DNA of 64,000 bases from Eledone cirrhosa (taxonomy: Eukaryota). Location of the stretch: assembly GCA_964016885.1 (NCBI GenBank), contig OZ024746.1, forward strand, positions 60,760,001 through 60,824,000, written 5' to 3'. Positions 12,707-26,789 of the stretch are shown here, piece by piece. The position numbers and the translations under genes were made by a program. Under the pieces are notes generated by a model that ran no database searches, was not told where the DNA came from, and was given only the letters and a program-made list of their open reading frames with translations. How positions within the stretch are numbered: position 1 is the first letter of the stretch; every line of letters begins with the position of its first letter.

Positions 12707-13466
12707 TTTGAAAAGGGACATATTTGGCGATGTCATTTCTGTTGTATGTATTGGTGATATTGATGAAATTTCAACCAAAATTATTTTAATACCTAAAAAC
12801 AAAGATTCACTTGAACTGATTACCAAGATATTATCACTTCTAGAGGGAGACTTACAGATATATCAAAGTGCTGATGCATTGGTTGGTGAAAGTGACTAGA
12901 ATATCGTGAATTATTCAGACAAGTTTTTGAATTCTCTGATGCCGTCAGGCATGACCCCATACAATCTAGCATTGAAGAAAAATTCCATTGTGATTTTGCT
13001 GAGAAATGTGTATCCTACTAATGGCCTGCTGAATGGTACTTAAAGTTTGGTTTTATCTTCTAATGAATTTTCTATTCATGCAAAAATCATTACTGGCAGT
13101 AAAAAAGGAAATGAAGCTTTCATACCGAAAGTTGACCTGTGTCTGAGTGAAACAGATCTACCCTTCAATATGAGCAGATGGCAGTCGTTGTGATACCAGT
13201 TTTTGCCATGACCATAAACAAATTGCAAGGACAGATCTTCAAAAAAGTTGGTATTTACTTGCCAGCTCCCATATTTAGTCATGGCCAGCTTTACACGTAT
13301 AATTATTTTGAAGGAAACAAGCAATCAAGACATGTTAGTTGCAGATAGATTTTTGACCAAAAATTTTGTAATAAAAGAATTATTCAAATAAAAACTTTGT
13401 TTTGAACCCTTTTTATATATAAGATACTACAATTAGCCGTCATTTTTGATGGCACGGGCCAGCTAA
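12707..13466 (+). mobile_element. Decayed Helitron 3' end (Pif1-like helicase)
   Basis: Translates to IL.PKN, FLNSLMPSGMTPYNL.LK..IVILLRN...NGLLNGT with stops. Terminal hairpin GCCGTC/GATGGC, then CTAA (CTRR). Confidence 0.85.
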
Positions 13467-13542
13467 TATAAATATATATATAAGTATATATATAGAGTGA
13501 AAATAAATGTGGACATTAGAATATGTTCTATACTAATCATGT

Positions 13543-13868
13543 TATATAAGGAAAATGATTTTTAAAAAAAGCGTACCTGGTATATATATATATAAAGGAT
13601 CTTTAGAACATGTAAAAAGCTTGCTTTCTCCTTTTTGAATTATGAAAATATTTGTCATCAGGTTGAATTATTTTTTCGTTAAAATTCCTGCATGCTGATT
13701 CTTGACCACATTTTTTTTAACAAAAAAGCAATTTAACCTAATGAATAAATGTTTTTATAATCCCAAAAAGAAAAGGCAGGCTTTGCTAACATCGATTTTT
13801 GTACATGTTATAAGATCCTTTATATATATACCAGGTGCGCTTTTCAAACCCATTTTTAAAATCATTTT

Positions 13869-13877
<9 letters not shown>
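13543..13877. mobile_element. Palindromic fold-back MITE
   Basis: Arms TATATAAGGAAAATGATTTT..GCGTACCTGGTATATA..AAAGGATCTT are mirrored on the right side; TA-flanked. Confidence 0.7.
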
Positions 13878-13905
<28 letters not shown>

Positions 13906-14074
13906 TAAACGGAAAAGAAAATGCTGACAAATTGTTCACAGTGAAATATAGTTTAATTAGGAATAAGTGAGAATTAGTAATAGTGTGGACTGGGAGGTTT
14001 TTACCGTGTTACATACACGGCCATATTACAGCGTGGACTGTGTGATTTTATATATATATGTAAGCTTCATATGT

Positions 14075-14913
14075 CGCAGCTGCGCTGGAACAGCAAGCAC
14101 AAATGGCCACAGGAAACAGCACCACCAAACTCTGAGAGGGCTCTGTAGAAACAGTAGACAGCTTTTGCTACCTAGGTGACCAAATTAGCAGCGGAGGTGG
14201 GTGTTCGGAAAGTACAATAACTAGGGTAAGAATGGGGTGGAAGAAGTTCAGGGAACTACTGCCACTGCTAGCTGCAAAAGGATTTTCCCTCCAAATGAAA
14301 GGCAGACTGTATCATGCGTGTATACGAACAGCAATGTTACATGGTAGTGAGACCTGGGCGCTGAAGGTGGAAGACTTGTGTAGATTAGAAAGAAACGAAG
14401 CCTGCATGCTTCGAAGGATGACAGCTGCATAAAAAGGTGCAGAGCACTAGAAGTCGCTGGAAGCCGCGGAGTGGGGAGACCCAAGAAGACTTGGGATGAG
14501 GTGATAAAAGCCGACCTTACCCAATTGCACCTCTCAAGGTGATGACACACGACCATGACCTCTGGCATCACGCAGTAATACAGAAGACCCGACTTCCCAT
14601 GAGTACAAGTCGAAGCTGAAGCATATAGACAATATGCCCCCCCCCCCTCCACTGCAAAGTGGTCGTGGAGGTGCCACGGCAAAAAAGCACTTAACCCACA
14701 CTGTAAAGTGGACGTGTAGGCGCCACGGAAAAAAAGCACCCAGCACTCACTGTAAATGAAGTTGATGTTAGAAAGGGCATCCAGCTGTAGAAATCAAGCC
14801 AGAATCAGTTCCCGTATGAGCAAGACAAGGTCAGCCGACTGGACACTGCCAACAACAGGACAACCCGTCTAACCCATGTTAGCGTAGACGCAAAATGGTG
14901 ATGACGATGATGA
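14075..14913 (+). mobile_element. RTE LINE 3' fragment with internal deletion
   Basis: Same family as 5211-6135 (WKKFRELLPLL, HGSETWAL); the deletion is near 14415. Confidence 0.9.
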
Positions 14914-15604
14914 TATATATATATGTATGTATGTGTGCGTGTTGGGGGGGGGGGAGGCGTATATTTGCATACAGGGCAGGATGTAATGGGCGTCAATTAC
15001 TACAGGATTCCTAGATCCCTACAGTGGGGGGCCCCACCAGAGACAGCTGTAGCAATATATTAGTGCCCTCATTTGGGCTCTTTAGTTATATGATGGCTAG
15101 CATTTTTGAATTTAATACCTGTATGTATAACTTTTCAATTCCAATTACTTGTACCAAGCTAACTTTGATATGTAAAATTAGGGGGTTTGCTGTGTATTCT
15201 ATTTTTTTTGTGTATGAAAGGCCCTCAAACCTGAAGAGACCCCTCCCCCCAAGGTCTAAATCCAAACCTGTCTGCATATATATACATGTATAATCATCAA
15301 CTTCATCCTCCCATTTGCGTCCAATGTAAAGTGGTCCCTGTCCACACTGTAAAAGGCTCCCAGTCCACACTGTAAACGTGGTTGGTGTTAGTAAGGGCAT
15401 CCAGCCGTAGAAAACCTGCCAGAAACAGTTCTGTACGAGCGAGACACGGTCTCCCCACCAATCTTGCCTCAAGTGGGACAAAACCGTCCAACCCGTGGAA
15501 GATGAACGTTAAACGATGATGATGATGCTATGTATACATAAATACACACGCACACACATATATATAGCGTACCCCACCCTGAGGCACAAGTGGAAGACCA
15601 TATA

Positions 15605-15722
15605 TAATTGTTTCTACTTTTGGCACAGGGCCAGCAATTAACCAGTGCATTACTGGTACTTTATTTTATCGACCCCGTAAGGATGAAAGGCAAAGTTAAC
15701 CTCGGCGGGATTTGAACCCAGA
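15605..15722 (-). mobile_element. Nin-domain-like SINE fragment
   Basis: Reverse complement of the 11126-11335 family. Confidence 0.75.
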
Positions 15723-15922
15723 ATGGAAAGGGGCGTTACAATGCATATATGCACACACACACATACACCTGTGTATATATACATACATATATAAATACAT
15801 ATTTATACATCACTGTTTAGCATCTATTTCCTATGCTTACACCGCATATTTATTTATATATATATATTTATATACGGTGTATGTGTATGTATATATATAT
15901 ATATATACATACATACATACAC

Positions 15923-15965
<43 letters not shown>

Positions 15966-16739
15966 TACATACATACATACACACACATTTTATATATATA
16001 TATAGAGACTACGTCCTCAGCTTAGTAGTTATATATACTGAAAAAAGAAAAAAAAAAGAATCGTACACTCTAACACCAACACGTACACATATCTAGTGAA
16101 ATACATATATATGTTTTTATATATGCACATATTGCGAAACGGCTTGGTGTTTTCGTTTTATTTATTTATTTATTTATAGGCAGAAACGCAGGCGTTTCTT
16201 CTTCGACCATGTTTAGTTGTTTATTGGTCATATTTAGCTGAAACAGCAATAAATATATTTATAATTAGAAAAAAAATATGTGTGAAATATTTTTGTTAAC
16301 AATAATTAAGATTAATAAAATAATGATAATGATAATATTTATATTTATTATCATATACATTATAAATATTTAGTCTATGTCTTATATCTTAATAGAATTA
16401 TCGATTTGAAGTCATGAATAGCTACGTATTCACAGATGAAAGTAGGTCACAGTGTAACGTGAAATCTTCTCAAGAGAAAAATCAGCCCATCATATCCAAT
16501 AATTCCGAGCAATTTTGGAAAATTACGCCTAGTTAGTTTGTTAAAAAAAAATATATTTGACATGTGTTTTATTTATACGACTTGATTTTTTCCTCTTATA
16601 AATGAAAAAAATATATTATTATTATTATATTTACTTTGAATACAGCATAAAATGTACATGTTGTTTTAATACTAAAACAGATAAAAATAATCAACAAATA
16701 TATAATAATAATTAGATAATAAAAATTGAATAAAATACG

Positions 16740-17053
16740 ACTACAAAAGTAAAAAAAAAAAAAATTCTGACACGATCGGAATTAGTGAATCGGTAAACTT
16801 CGGCATATTACGTACCTCACCTAGTATTTTTTTGTATTAGTTGTTTTTGTCTTCGTGTTGTAAGAGAATGAAGCAATAAAAGTTGCTCCCGGAAATCACC
16901 GATTTTTAACGAGTAGCAAATCGGAGAGACGGTCCTTTTACAGACTTGGTCCCGTCCCACTGAGAATAGTCTTGTTGGTAAGGCTGTTTGGACGCCATAT
17001 TTGTGAATCTTGGCGGACTTAAAAACCAAACAAAGGTTCTAATCCGAGAAACA
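16740..17053 (+). promoter_or_regulatory. Putative OGT promoter / 5' UTR
   Basis: Locally CpG-enriched unique sequence upstream of the ATG, with a YY1-type CGCCATATTT at 16993-17002. Confidence 0.55.
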
Positions 17054-17078
17054 ATGGCGCAAATTTCTGATACAACAG
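17054..17078 (+). CDS. OGT: O-GlcNAc transferase, coding exon 1 (MAQISDTT-G)
   Basis: ACAATGG start context and CAG/GTCAGT donor in phase 1. It joins exon 2 to give [14 protein letters not shown], compared with vertebrate [14 protein letters not shown]. Confidence 0.85.
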
Positions 17079-17796
17079 GTCAGTCTTATAAAACAAAAAA
17101 AATCTTACACGAATATTGCTTTAAATTCAATTATTTTTCATTCTTTTCTTCATTATATTCCACCTATGTTTTAATCGTCGTCATCGTAACTTAATGGATG
17201 GTCTTGCGAATGTCATTGAGTCAGGTCATCATAAAAGCCGCACGCAGCTTATTTTATTTTTTATATTTCTATTCAGATAAATTTTGTTAAAGATTTATCA
17301 ACCATTTTTAATAGAATTTTTTTTTATAATCTAATCTGTTATTAACTAGCTTACTGACAATAATTTACAGTTTATGCGACGATCGGTCTTAGTCCATCTG
17401 TTATCTTGTATATATTTCGATGTCTTAGTGATTTCTTTTTCTCGTTTTACATATTTATTTTTAACTGTATTTAACTATACACACACAAATAGCTTTCTAC
17501 TTATGCAAGGTATATATTAGCAAAACAGCTTTCTACGTATGTATGATCTATACACGTACAAGATAGCTCCCTACATACATACAATGTATAAACATACACA
17601 ATAACTATGTACATGTGTATAATATACAATAGCTCTCTACATGCATGTGTCTATATAATTTAGTTCTCCAAACTACATTCCAGCTTATATATATATTTAT
17701 ATTTATATACATATGTGTGTATCGAGGGTTCAATCTGGGGTAACCACAGTAAGGTACTCAATACATAGAGTATATACAATATTTAATATAGAATTG

Positions 17797-17846
17797 GCTT
17801 CTACAGGACAAGAACTGTTTCATTCGAAGCAAATCATCAGGAAAGC
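17797..17846 (-). ncRNA. Degenerate type I hammerhead motif
   Basis: GCTTTC-CTGATGA-TTTGCTTCGAAT-GAAA-CAG-TTCTTGTC-CTG-TA/GAAGC; stems I and II are weak. Confidence 0.5.
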
Positions 17847-18356
17847 GTACACACACACACATACATATATATAAGAAGCAGAAAAAACGTATATATATAT
17901 ATTTATATTGTTTCTGCTTCCTATATTTTAATGTACGCCCATATAAAGCTACATAAATATAATACTAAAAATCTAATAGTTTTACTATCATTACCGGACA
18001 ACAGCTGTTTTAATTTTCACCTATCTATATAGAATTGATGAAAGAATATTACGCAAGCACTTAGGATTTTTCGATGCGGACATTCTCATCGAACTTCTCA
18101 ACACTATTTTTCTATGAAAGCTTCATGATCACGCTATCTTCTCTCTTTCTATGTATACATATCTATTGTGGTTATAGAACACCATGAATGTCACATACCA
18201 TTTTTCTCTCCTCCTCCTCCGTCATTACTAATGCTACCATCAAAGTGTTTATATTATATCCGCATACATAATCAGACAATATACTTCGTCTGTCATACAC
18301 ATATATACCCTCACTATCACCTCTGTGGGTGAATCTGTGCCTATACATACACACAC

Positions 18357-18398
<42 letters not shown>

Positions 18399-20183
18399 GG
18401 TATGATTTTGTTGCTATATCAGAATTCTTCGGATGAACCGATCCCAGATGATCAGTCCATTTCCAACCATCATACTTCACGAAACTACTTCAAATAATAT
18501 ATATCTATATATGGTGTGTGTATATTATTTCACTTGCTTTGTTTTTTCTTATATAATAAATCTTCCGACAGTGGGCATGTTTTTTTCAATGTTTTCTTTT
18601 TATATATTTTACACTTGGGTTTGCTACACAGTATATATGTTGTTTACTATTATGTTTATCTTTTCTATGTTGCTTCTTCACATTGAAAGTCACAAGAGTT
18701 AGGTGCACAGACACACACACGTGTTTATATATATATATATATAAATTAATATGAATTGAGTGATATATATATATATATATATATTGGTAGCTTTGCCGAA
18801 TACGTGCGTAAGGAAACGCCCTTTACCCCCTCCTCCCTCATTATTTTCATTATAAAGAGAGAATTATCTCAATGTATTCTTTCTGATTGTTAGTTCCTTG
18901 CGACTGTCCTTTCGATTGCATTCCCACGATTTCATCATTACATATTTAATGTTTGGCCAATTTATAGTAATGCCCGAAATATTTTGTTATGCTGTCAAAT
19001 AAAATTTTCTTTTTGTTTATTCCATATAACTTTAATGAGAATGTCTTTTAAAAAAATCTATTGTACGGTGATTGTCCATGGTTTCCAAATTAATTTTCTC
19101 TTCTATATATATGTATATATAAATATATGAAAAAGTGAAATTCAGATCATTATGAAGTTACACGCTCGCACACAGACATGCAATAGCGTTATAATGTACA
19201 CGTATGTTTTCCTATGCACACTCGTCATTTGCATACATATAAACGGGGATATACACGTGGGTTTTTATGTTAGTCATATGGGTACTCTGTTTACCGAATA
19301 TATAGATGTATCTATCTCTCTCTATATATATGTATGTAAAAGGTAAACAGAAATAACTAAACAAACGGCACAGTATATGGAAAGGAATATATTAGTTTAA
19401 CGCTTGAAATAGCAGACACGATCATAATCATTATTAATCACTACAAAAGCGCGCAGACGCTAGTGTTATGATATTATTCTTTGTGTTGGTAGCAATATTA
19501 TGCTCGCATACAATCAGCATATATTAATTTGTTTCGATTTGTAGTAAATAATGGATAATGTTATGGACGAGACATTATTTAAAACAATTAAACATGAGAA
19601 ATTCCTCCCTGAACGATCTAGATTGTTCTACCTCAATATGACTTCTAACATGGTAGCTACGTGTATTAATTATAGTAGTAGTTATATAAGGTACGAAATA
19701 ATGTATCAAGAGAAGATTGTTTAAAAACTCAGCTCGTGATGTTTTTATGTTAACAACAGAAAAATAAGTGATCATAAATAAATAAAAAAAAAATTAGTAG
19801 AATGTAAGAGATTTTGTGAAATTTAACGCAGTATGGTAGTGCTGGTGTTTTTCATTTTAACAGAGTGGAACAGCTGTGAAGTTAGCAGTTCACTGGGATT
19901 TCTTTGTACTTTAGCTAACTACCAACCACGATTAGTAATGTAAAATGATGTTATTGAGAAGCTGTAACTGATATTTATAGAGTAGATATAATTCCCTGCT
20001 TTTGGGTCCGTCCTTTATTTTTGTTTTTGCGTGTGTAATAAATTATGCGCAACGTCGATGTTGCCTGGACTGAAGTAAACACCTCTTTTGCCACATCTCT
20101 TCACATAAAGGGAATTTAAATTATATCTATAGACGGTTCGAATATAAAAAAATTGACATTTGAACATTTGTGTGATCACACTC

Positions 20184-20221
<38 letters not shown>

Positions 20222-21681
20222 CCACTTTGAAGCACGGAATTTTCCTAAATATGTACTGTGTGTACAACATACTGTTTCTCTCTCTCTCTAAATTCGAATT
20301 ATATACATATATATGTGTGCGTGATTGATTGGTAAAATTGGAGATTTGGTGCGTAGTTAAAAATAAAACTAACGATAAGAAATGGAAAAAAATAAACAAA
20401 CAAAAAACTTGGTTTTCTTGATTTTCGGAAACGAATGTTTCGTTTTAGAGTGGATTAAGGATAGGAATTTCATTACAGATGCAAACCTTTATATATATAT
20501 ATATATGTGTGTGAGGATCGTGGTTAAAAATCCAAGTTTTGTAAATGATTGTGGTTTAAAACATCAAACATCCATGCTATTTATTGGTTTCGGTATTTAA
20601 GAAAGTCAAGTTATTTATTTTTTTTTACATTCCTCATTATCATTAAATTTCATTTTTAGCTGCTTACGAAATCTCCACATTAAATTTATACAATTCAAAA
20701 ATTAAATTGTACTATATCAATGTTGAAATGTTTTTGAAAATGAACAAAGGTTTGTGTGGTTCAAAAGAAGTCTATAATAAGCTATCAGTTGTTTTGCGTT
20801 ATTGTAAAATGTATGAAAACCAATTTTCCACGTGCTATGTAAGATTAGCAGTTTTATCGACTTGTTAACAGAGGTTGTGCTATATTTATTAATTTATGCA
20901 ATATTCAATTTCTTCTCATTGGCGTCAGTGATGTCTAAGACAAACGCATTTATTATAATGTTCGAGTGGGATATGGTTTCTCTGTGTGTGTGGTGATTGA
21001 TAGAAACTACTGCATTTATATTTTAGATGATATTTAATTTAATCTGGTAAGTTTGTTGCGTCAACTTTGAGAGAGTACTGTACTTTTATTATCGGAATCA
21101 CGTTCAAAATTAGTTTTTCCTTTTTATTCAACGTAATATATTTTTTATCTGAAACACAATCTGGGCATGTCTCTCTTCATAGTGTGTTATGACACGTCTC
21201 TCTGTCATTCACTCTTTCCCTCTAGATATTTATTATATATAGTCAGTTTTAAGAAGATATAGGTTTACTGTATATTTGTCACACCAATATGGCGTATTTA
21301 CGTAGAAAATCTTATGCTTTCAATAAAATCTTTTATATATATATATATATAACATTTTAATTCTGTCTTATTGCGTTTTTAGAATAAAAAAATTAATTTA
21401 CGAGCAAGTGGCTTGATATCTGCGGCAAAGTCACGAGTGTCCTTTCATGCTAAGTTCTTATTATTTATGGGGGAATAGTGTTAGCTTTTAATACAAAAGT
21501 TACTGTTTTGTTTTGCATTAACGAATACTTTAACTGCTTTAAAATTGTTTTTTTTGTTGTTGTTGCTAGGGTGGCTATTATATGCGTATATATGTGTATA
21601 TGTATCCTATATATATAATAAATCACTGCCAATACTGGAATTGAACAATCAAGACCGTAGCGGTATGTCATATATCAAATC

Positions 21682-21753
21682 ATATATTTTGTCTGATGAG
21701 GACGTTCTGAAAAAACAACACAGTACCTCTGAAATATATATAATAAAGTATAT
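21682..21753 (+). ncRNA. Type I hammerhead motif with decayed stem II
   Basis: ATATATTTTGT-CTGATGA...GAAA-TATATA-TA/ATAAAGTATAT, giving an 11-bp stem I. Confidence 0.55.
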
Positions 21754-22872
21754 ATTTTGATTATGAGAATATTTTCATTCGTTAATATTTTGAATAATAT
21801 ATATATAGGCAAGAACAAAAATATAAAACATCTCTTTGCTAGAATCAATTTTTTCTGAGCACTCATTGTTCAATATTTTCTCATGTAGTAAATAGCTGTA
21901 TTAGCAGTCATCTGTCATGATGTATTCATTATATTGATGGGTTACTCTAAGGTGATCCATGGTGATCTTTGTAAAATATTTAGGATCAATAACTGTTTTC
22001 TCACGCTATAGAAGGGCTTATATAATTCTGATATTAGTGCTAAGTTTTCTTAACCCTTGGTGTATCACTAATAATAGACATGACAAAATAAAAGCTGCTT
22101 TACATGACTATGCAATAAGGAAAAAGGTTTGAGAAATACTCAATCACAATAGAGTGAAGGGAAATTGAATACCTAATTTGCCCTCAATCATCAAGTTACT
22201 TATGAATCAACTTTAAAGGAATGTTTAAACTGAAGGGATAAACATCGACAAAATTCATGGTGGTCTCGGTCAATTCACTATTGAGGACTTGTAAAGAATT
22301 ATTATTGGAAGTTTTAGCTATATTGCTCATTTATGTAGACTAGTTTTTGAATAATCTAAGAACATAATGAGAATATCATGCGGTATTTGTTTCTCATCTT
22401 TATAGAAAGGATGATTATGAAAAGTATTAAAGATTTTTCCATCCAGATTAATCATACTTTTTCTTTTTGGTCGGAGTAGATTAAGTCAACAAATGTTAGT
22501 TATGAGCTATTTTCATTCTATTTTTGTGTATATGTGTTCATATATTGGTTGATTATAAGGAAAAAAATAAAACATTTTAGTAAACGTTGAATAAATGAAT
22601 ATATAAAATACATTATGAAATTGTTGCGTTGCTATATTTACACTTAGGAATAATGTCAATCAAATGTTTGTAAGAGTTTTTCTATTTGTCTTTTCATCAA
22701 TAAATTGGCTTTAGGAGAATTGGGTGAAACTATTTCACATTTGTTTGCTCTTGGAAAAGTATAAATGTCACAATATTTCAATTCCCACCTCAAAATTTAA
22801 GGCTTTGTGTCAAATATCATATCCTCATTAATTCAAAGGTGAGGTAAGTCTGCCCATGTTCACTAACGTGTA

Positions 22873-22915
<43 letters not shown>

Positions 22916-25900
22916 TCATCATTGTTTATCTATTTTCTATGCTTTCATAGGTTAGAGAGGTTGTCATATTCTGAGTTTAGACTTGTCAGATGACTACATC
23001 TTGCTCATATGTTTTGTTTTAGTTTCTATGGCTGGTTGCCTTTCCTAATGCCAATCACTGTACATCATGTACTGGGAGCATTTTATTGTGGGCTGGGTGT
23101 ATTTTTTTCATGGCACCAGTCTTTGGACAGACTGGAGAAAGCAGTGATGCCAGTATGTGAGATGCATTCTGTCATTGTCAGCATGAAAAAACTAAACTTA
23201 TATACAGGTGCTGGCATGCTGTGTGGTTTGCTTTGCAACCATGTGGTTTTGCGTTTTATCGTACTGTGCATCATCCATCTTTACTATAACCTTATGGGTG
23301 AATTTGGTAGACGGAGACGGACATTTTGTGTGTTTATATATCTGTGCATCTTCATATCAACATAGTTTAAAGCAAAATGTAGCTTTTGTTTATGTCCAGC
23401 AGTTAATTAGTTTGAAGATATGAAAATAAAATATGGTTTTGTGTCAGGAAGGGCATTTGGTAGTAGAAGAATTATCTGTAAAAGTTTCATCCAACAAATG
23501 CCAGCATTAGAAAGTGGATGTAAAAATTATAATGAAAAGCAAGATATAACTAGTGTAAACAATTTAAGGCTTTTCTAATTAGCTCCAATCTTCATATGTG
23601 GGAGAGTAAGGTCACCAGTTTTGTACCTGTTTTTTCAGTGTGGTGTATTTCCATTTGTTTCATTTTGATATCTACTTGTAGATTAAGAATATTAAGTGCT
23701 TACAAAGTTATGTCCATACCCTTTCTATGTATTGACATATGCTAGCTAACACTATATACTCTCCTATACAATTAACACCTGCTTTCATTCCTCTTTAATC
23801 ATCAGCTCACATTTCCATGAACAGCGATCTCACCATCCTTCAATTAGATGGGGACAATCTTGTCTCCTTCAAGGGTACAAACACAATCATTACAAATATC
23901 AAGGAAACATTTTTGCACTCCAACCTCCTTACAATCTTTGATCTTTCCTTGTGACATCACCAGTTCTAATCATTTGTTGACCTTTTACAAAACCTAAGTT
24001 CATTCATAATATGGACTTGATCAGTTTTGATTAATGTTCCAGTTATTTTATCAACGAAACAGCATACTCATTAAATTAACATTTTAGTAGCTCAGTATTT
24101 CACATACATGCAACCTTAATATAATTCTCAAGAAGATTCAGCCCAACACAGTTTGTGACAAGGTTGGCTCTTTGAATTACTGTTACAATCGATCTAATGA
24201 CACTCCACACAAGTTTCTGCCTACCCAATTTCACTGACAGGTTGTTAAAAGATACTCAAGCTATCACACAATGGGATCAAACCTAGAAGTTTATGATTAT
24301 AAAGTAAACTTCCTAACCATTTGACCAAGCTGCATTCATAGTGTATACATAAACTACTCACATATGGAGAAAGTGTTACACTTGCTCATATACATAAACA
24401 TAGATGGTAGTCACAATTTATTGACAAATCCCATTTACTAACATTATATACCTTATGTTCTGAACTAGCCCACATGTTTCCACCTTTAATCATTTCTTCT
24501 GTAGCTCATCGCCCAGACCTAGTATATAATAATCCATGTAGAATTTGCTTGTTTAACCACCAGAAGTTCAAGTTAAATACCAACTGCTTCAATTTCAGTC
24601 AGAGATGGCTTACAAAACCCATGAGGATTGATTTCCTCACTAATTAATAAAATATATTATGAAAGATGAGAGAGTGTAGCTGAAATGTCTGGGCATCAGA
24701 CAAGATATCTTGAAAAATTGAATTGAAATCCTACCACTATTAACTTTACCTTTCACCCTTTTTCATTTCATATATTCCACCGGTAATGTATTTTGCCAAT
24801 GTAAGCAAGGAATGTATGGCAGGATAGCATGATGATTTGAACAATTTCTTAATGTACTTTTGGTTTACTGTTGAAGACCGTCTTCATTGAAGTTGTTGAA
24901 TGAAGAGTCAGAAATTGTAGAAACAAGGAGTAGATCCAGTGAAATCAAACCTGTGATGAGAGTACTGAGGACAGACTATCAGTCTGTAGCTCTTATGCAA
25001 TCTGAAAATAGAAAAAAATCTTCAGAAATAGGCCAACATTTTAAAGTTTCAAAGCACATTCTGAAAACTAGTATCTAAATGACTTTGTAATCTCTATATT
25101 ATCCCTAACCTAATCTCTTTACTTTTGGCAATGTTGGCTGCCCACTGATGCCCAAGGAAAACAACTGATTCATCATCATTGCTGTTTAATGTCCATTTTC
25201 CATGCTAGCATGGATTAGAGTGGTTTCAATGCGAGACAAGTCAGATGAGATGTCCGTGCCTTGCTCATATAGAACCGTTTCTGGTTTGGTTTCTACAGCT
25301 GGCTGCCCTTCCAAATGCCAACCATACAGTGTGGACTGGGCACTTTTTCCAACACAACCACTTTAGTGTGTGGACTAGACACTTGTCACATCACCAAAAT
25401 GAACACTTTATAAGGTGGACTGGGTATTTATTGACTATTAAAAATTTATTTTTTTACAGTGGCTCTCTAAGCCAACCAGTCAGACATCTTTTGGCAGATT
25501 TTTAACTAACAAAGCTGCATATGTGCACAATATGCAGAAGTATATATATATATATATATATATATAGCATTGTCTTTTTAATTGACCAATAGGTTTGCAG
25601 GCCCTCCTACATGGACAGCATGTTACACAATCTATTGCGAAGTTACTGTAGACATTTTGTTTGGCTGTGAATTTGTTGTTAACTAATCATGTCAACTTTG
25701 GAAAGACATATACAACCACAAATACTGCAAATTGTACAGTTTCATGCAGCTCCCATACTTTTTCAAAAACATTTCCACTATTATTGGATGGCAGTGAAAG
25801 CATTTCTCTCTCAGCTGTCCTCACATATTTCAAATGCTTTCAAAGAGTATTTTACAGTCTTTAAAATGCAACCTTAGTTTGTGCTGGAGGCACATTCCAT

Positions 25901-26159
25901 ATATGAGCTTACCACTCAGCATCTACTTGGGGATTGTCTGATCATTTGTTTGTACAAGTTGTCCGGCCCAATGTAATTATATATATATACACATCATCAT
26001 TTCATTTTACGTCTGCTTTTCCCTGCTTGCAAGGGTGGGATGGGAACTGATTCTGGCTTGATTTCTACAGCTGGATGCCCTTCCTAACACCAACCTCATT
26101 TACAGTGAGTGCTGGGTGCTTTTTTGCCATGGCACCTCCACAACTACTTTACATTGGAA

Positions 26160-26737
26160 TGAATCCATACGTATATATATATATGTGTGCATGTATGTAT
26201 ATATATATATACATACTACTGTACGTATGTATACATATATGCATGTACGTGTACATACTTATATTTAAGTAACAGCCGTACTAAGAGTGGGAAATGAAAT
26301 TTCGTTTCATTTTTTCCGTTTATCGTTTTCGGTGCACCCGGCCGATTAACCCACTCGATATGCAAATTGGGCTACTCAGCCGTTAATATGCATAAGGTAA
26401 GTATATACATTCAACAATCTGGTAGGAAGGTATACATTGCTGATGATAGCTAATAAGCTTGAAACTAGTACAGCGTTCCTTTGTCAGTGTTGAACAAAAG
26501 AGCAACGATGGTTGCTAGACACTACGGCTTAATACGGGATGTTTGTTTACAAACACACTGAGCATTATAATAAATGTTCGGTGAATCCATACGTACATAT
26601 ATATATGTGTGCATGTATGTATATATATATACATACTACTGTACGCCTGTATACATATATATATGTACGTGTACATACTTATATTTAAGCAACAGCCGTA
26701 CTAAGAGTGGGAAATGAAATTTTGTTTCAATTTTTCC

Positions 26738-26743
<6 letters not shown>
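26160..26743 (+). repeat. Partial tandem duplication, period about 421 bp, containing a hammerhead
   Basis: 26160-26323 is repeated at 26582-26743. Confidence 0.85.
26410..26494 (+). ncRNA. Type I hammerhead ribozyme motif
   Basis: ACATTG-CTGATGA-TAGC-TAATAA-GCTT-GAAA-CTAG-TA/CAGCGT. Stem I extends by TTCAACA..CTGGTAGGAAGG / CCTTTGTCAG-TGTTGAA. Confidence 0.85.

Positions 26744-26789
<46 letters not shown>

Noticed and set aside
18440-18495. CAGATGA...GAAAC hammerhead-like spacing
   Set aside because: The core is mutated and stems I and III are not convincing. Similar chance matches near 2530-2570, 4900-4960 and 13620-13665 were also dropped.
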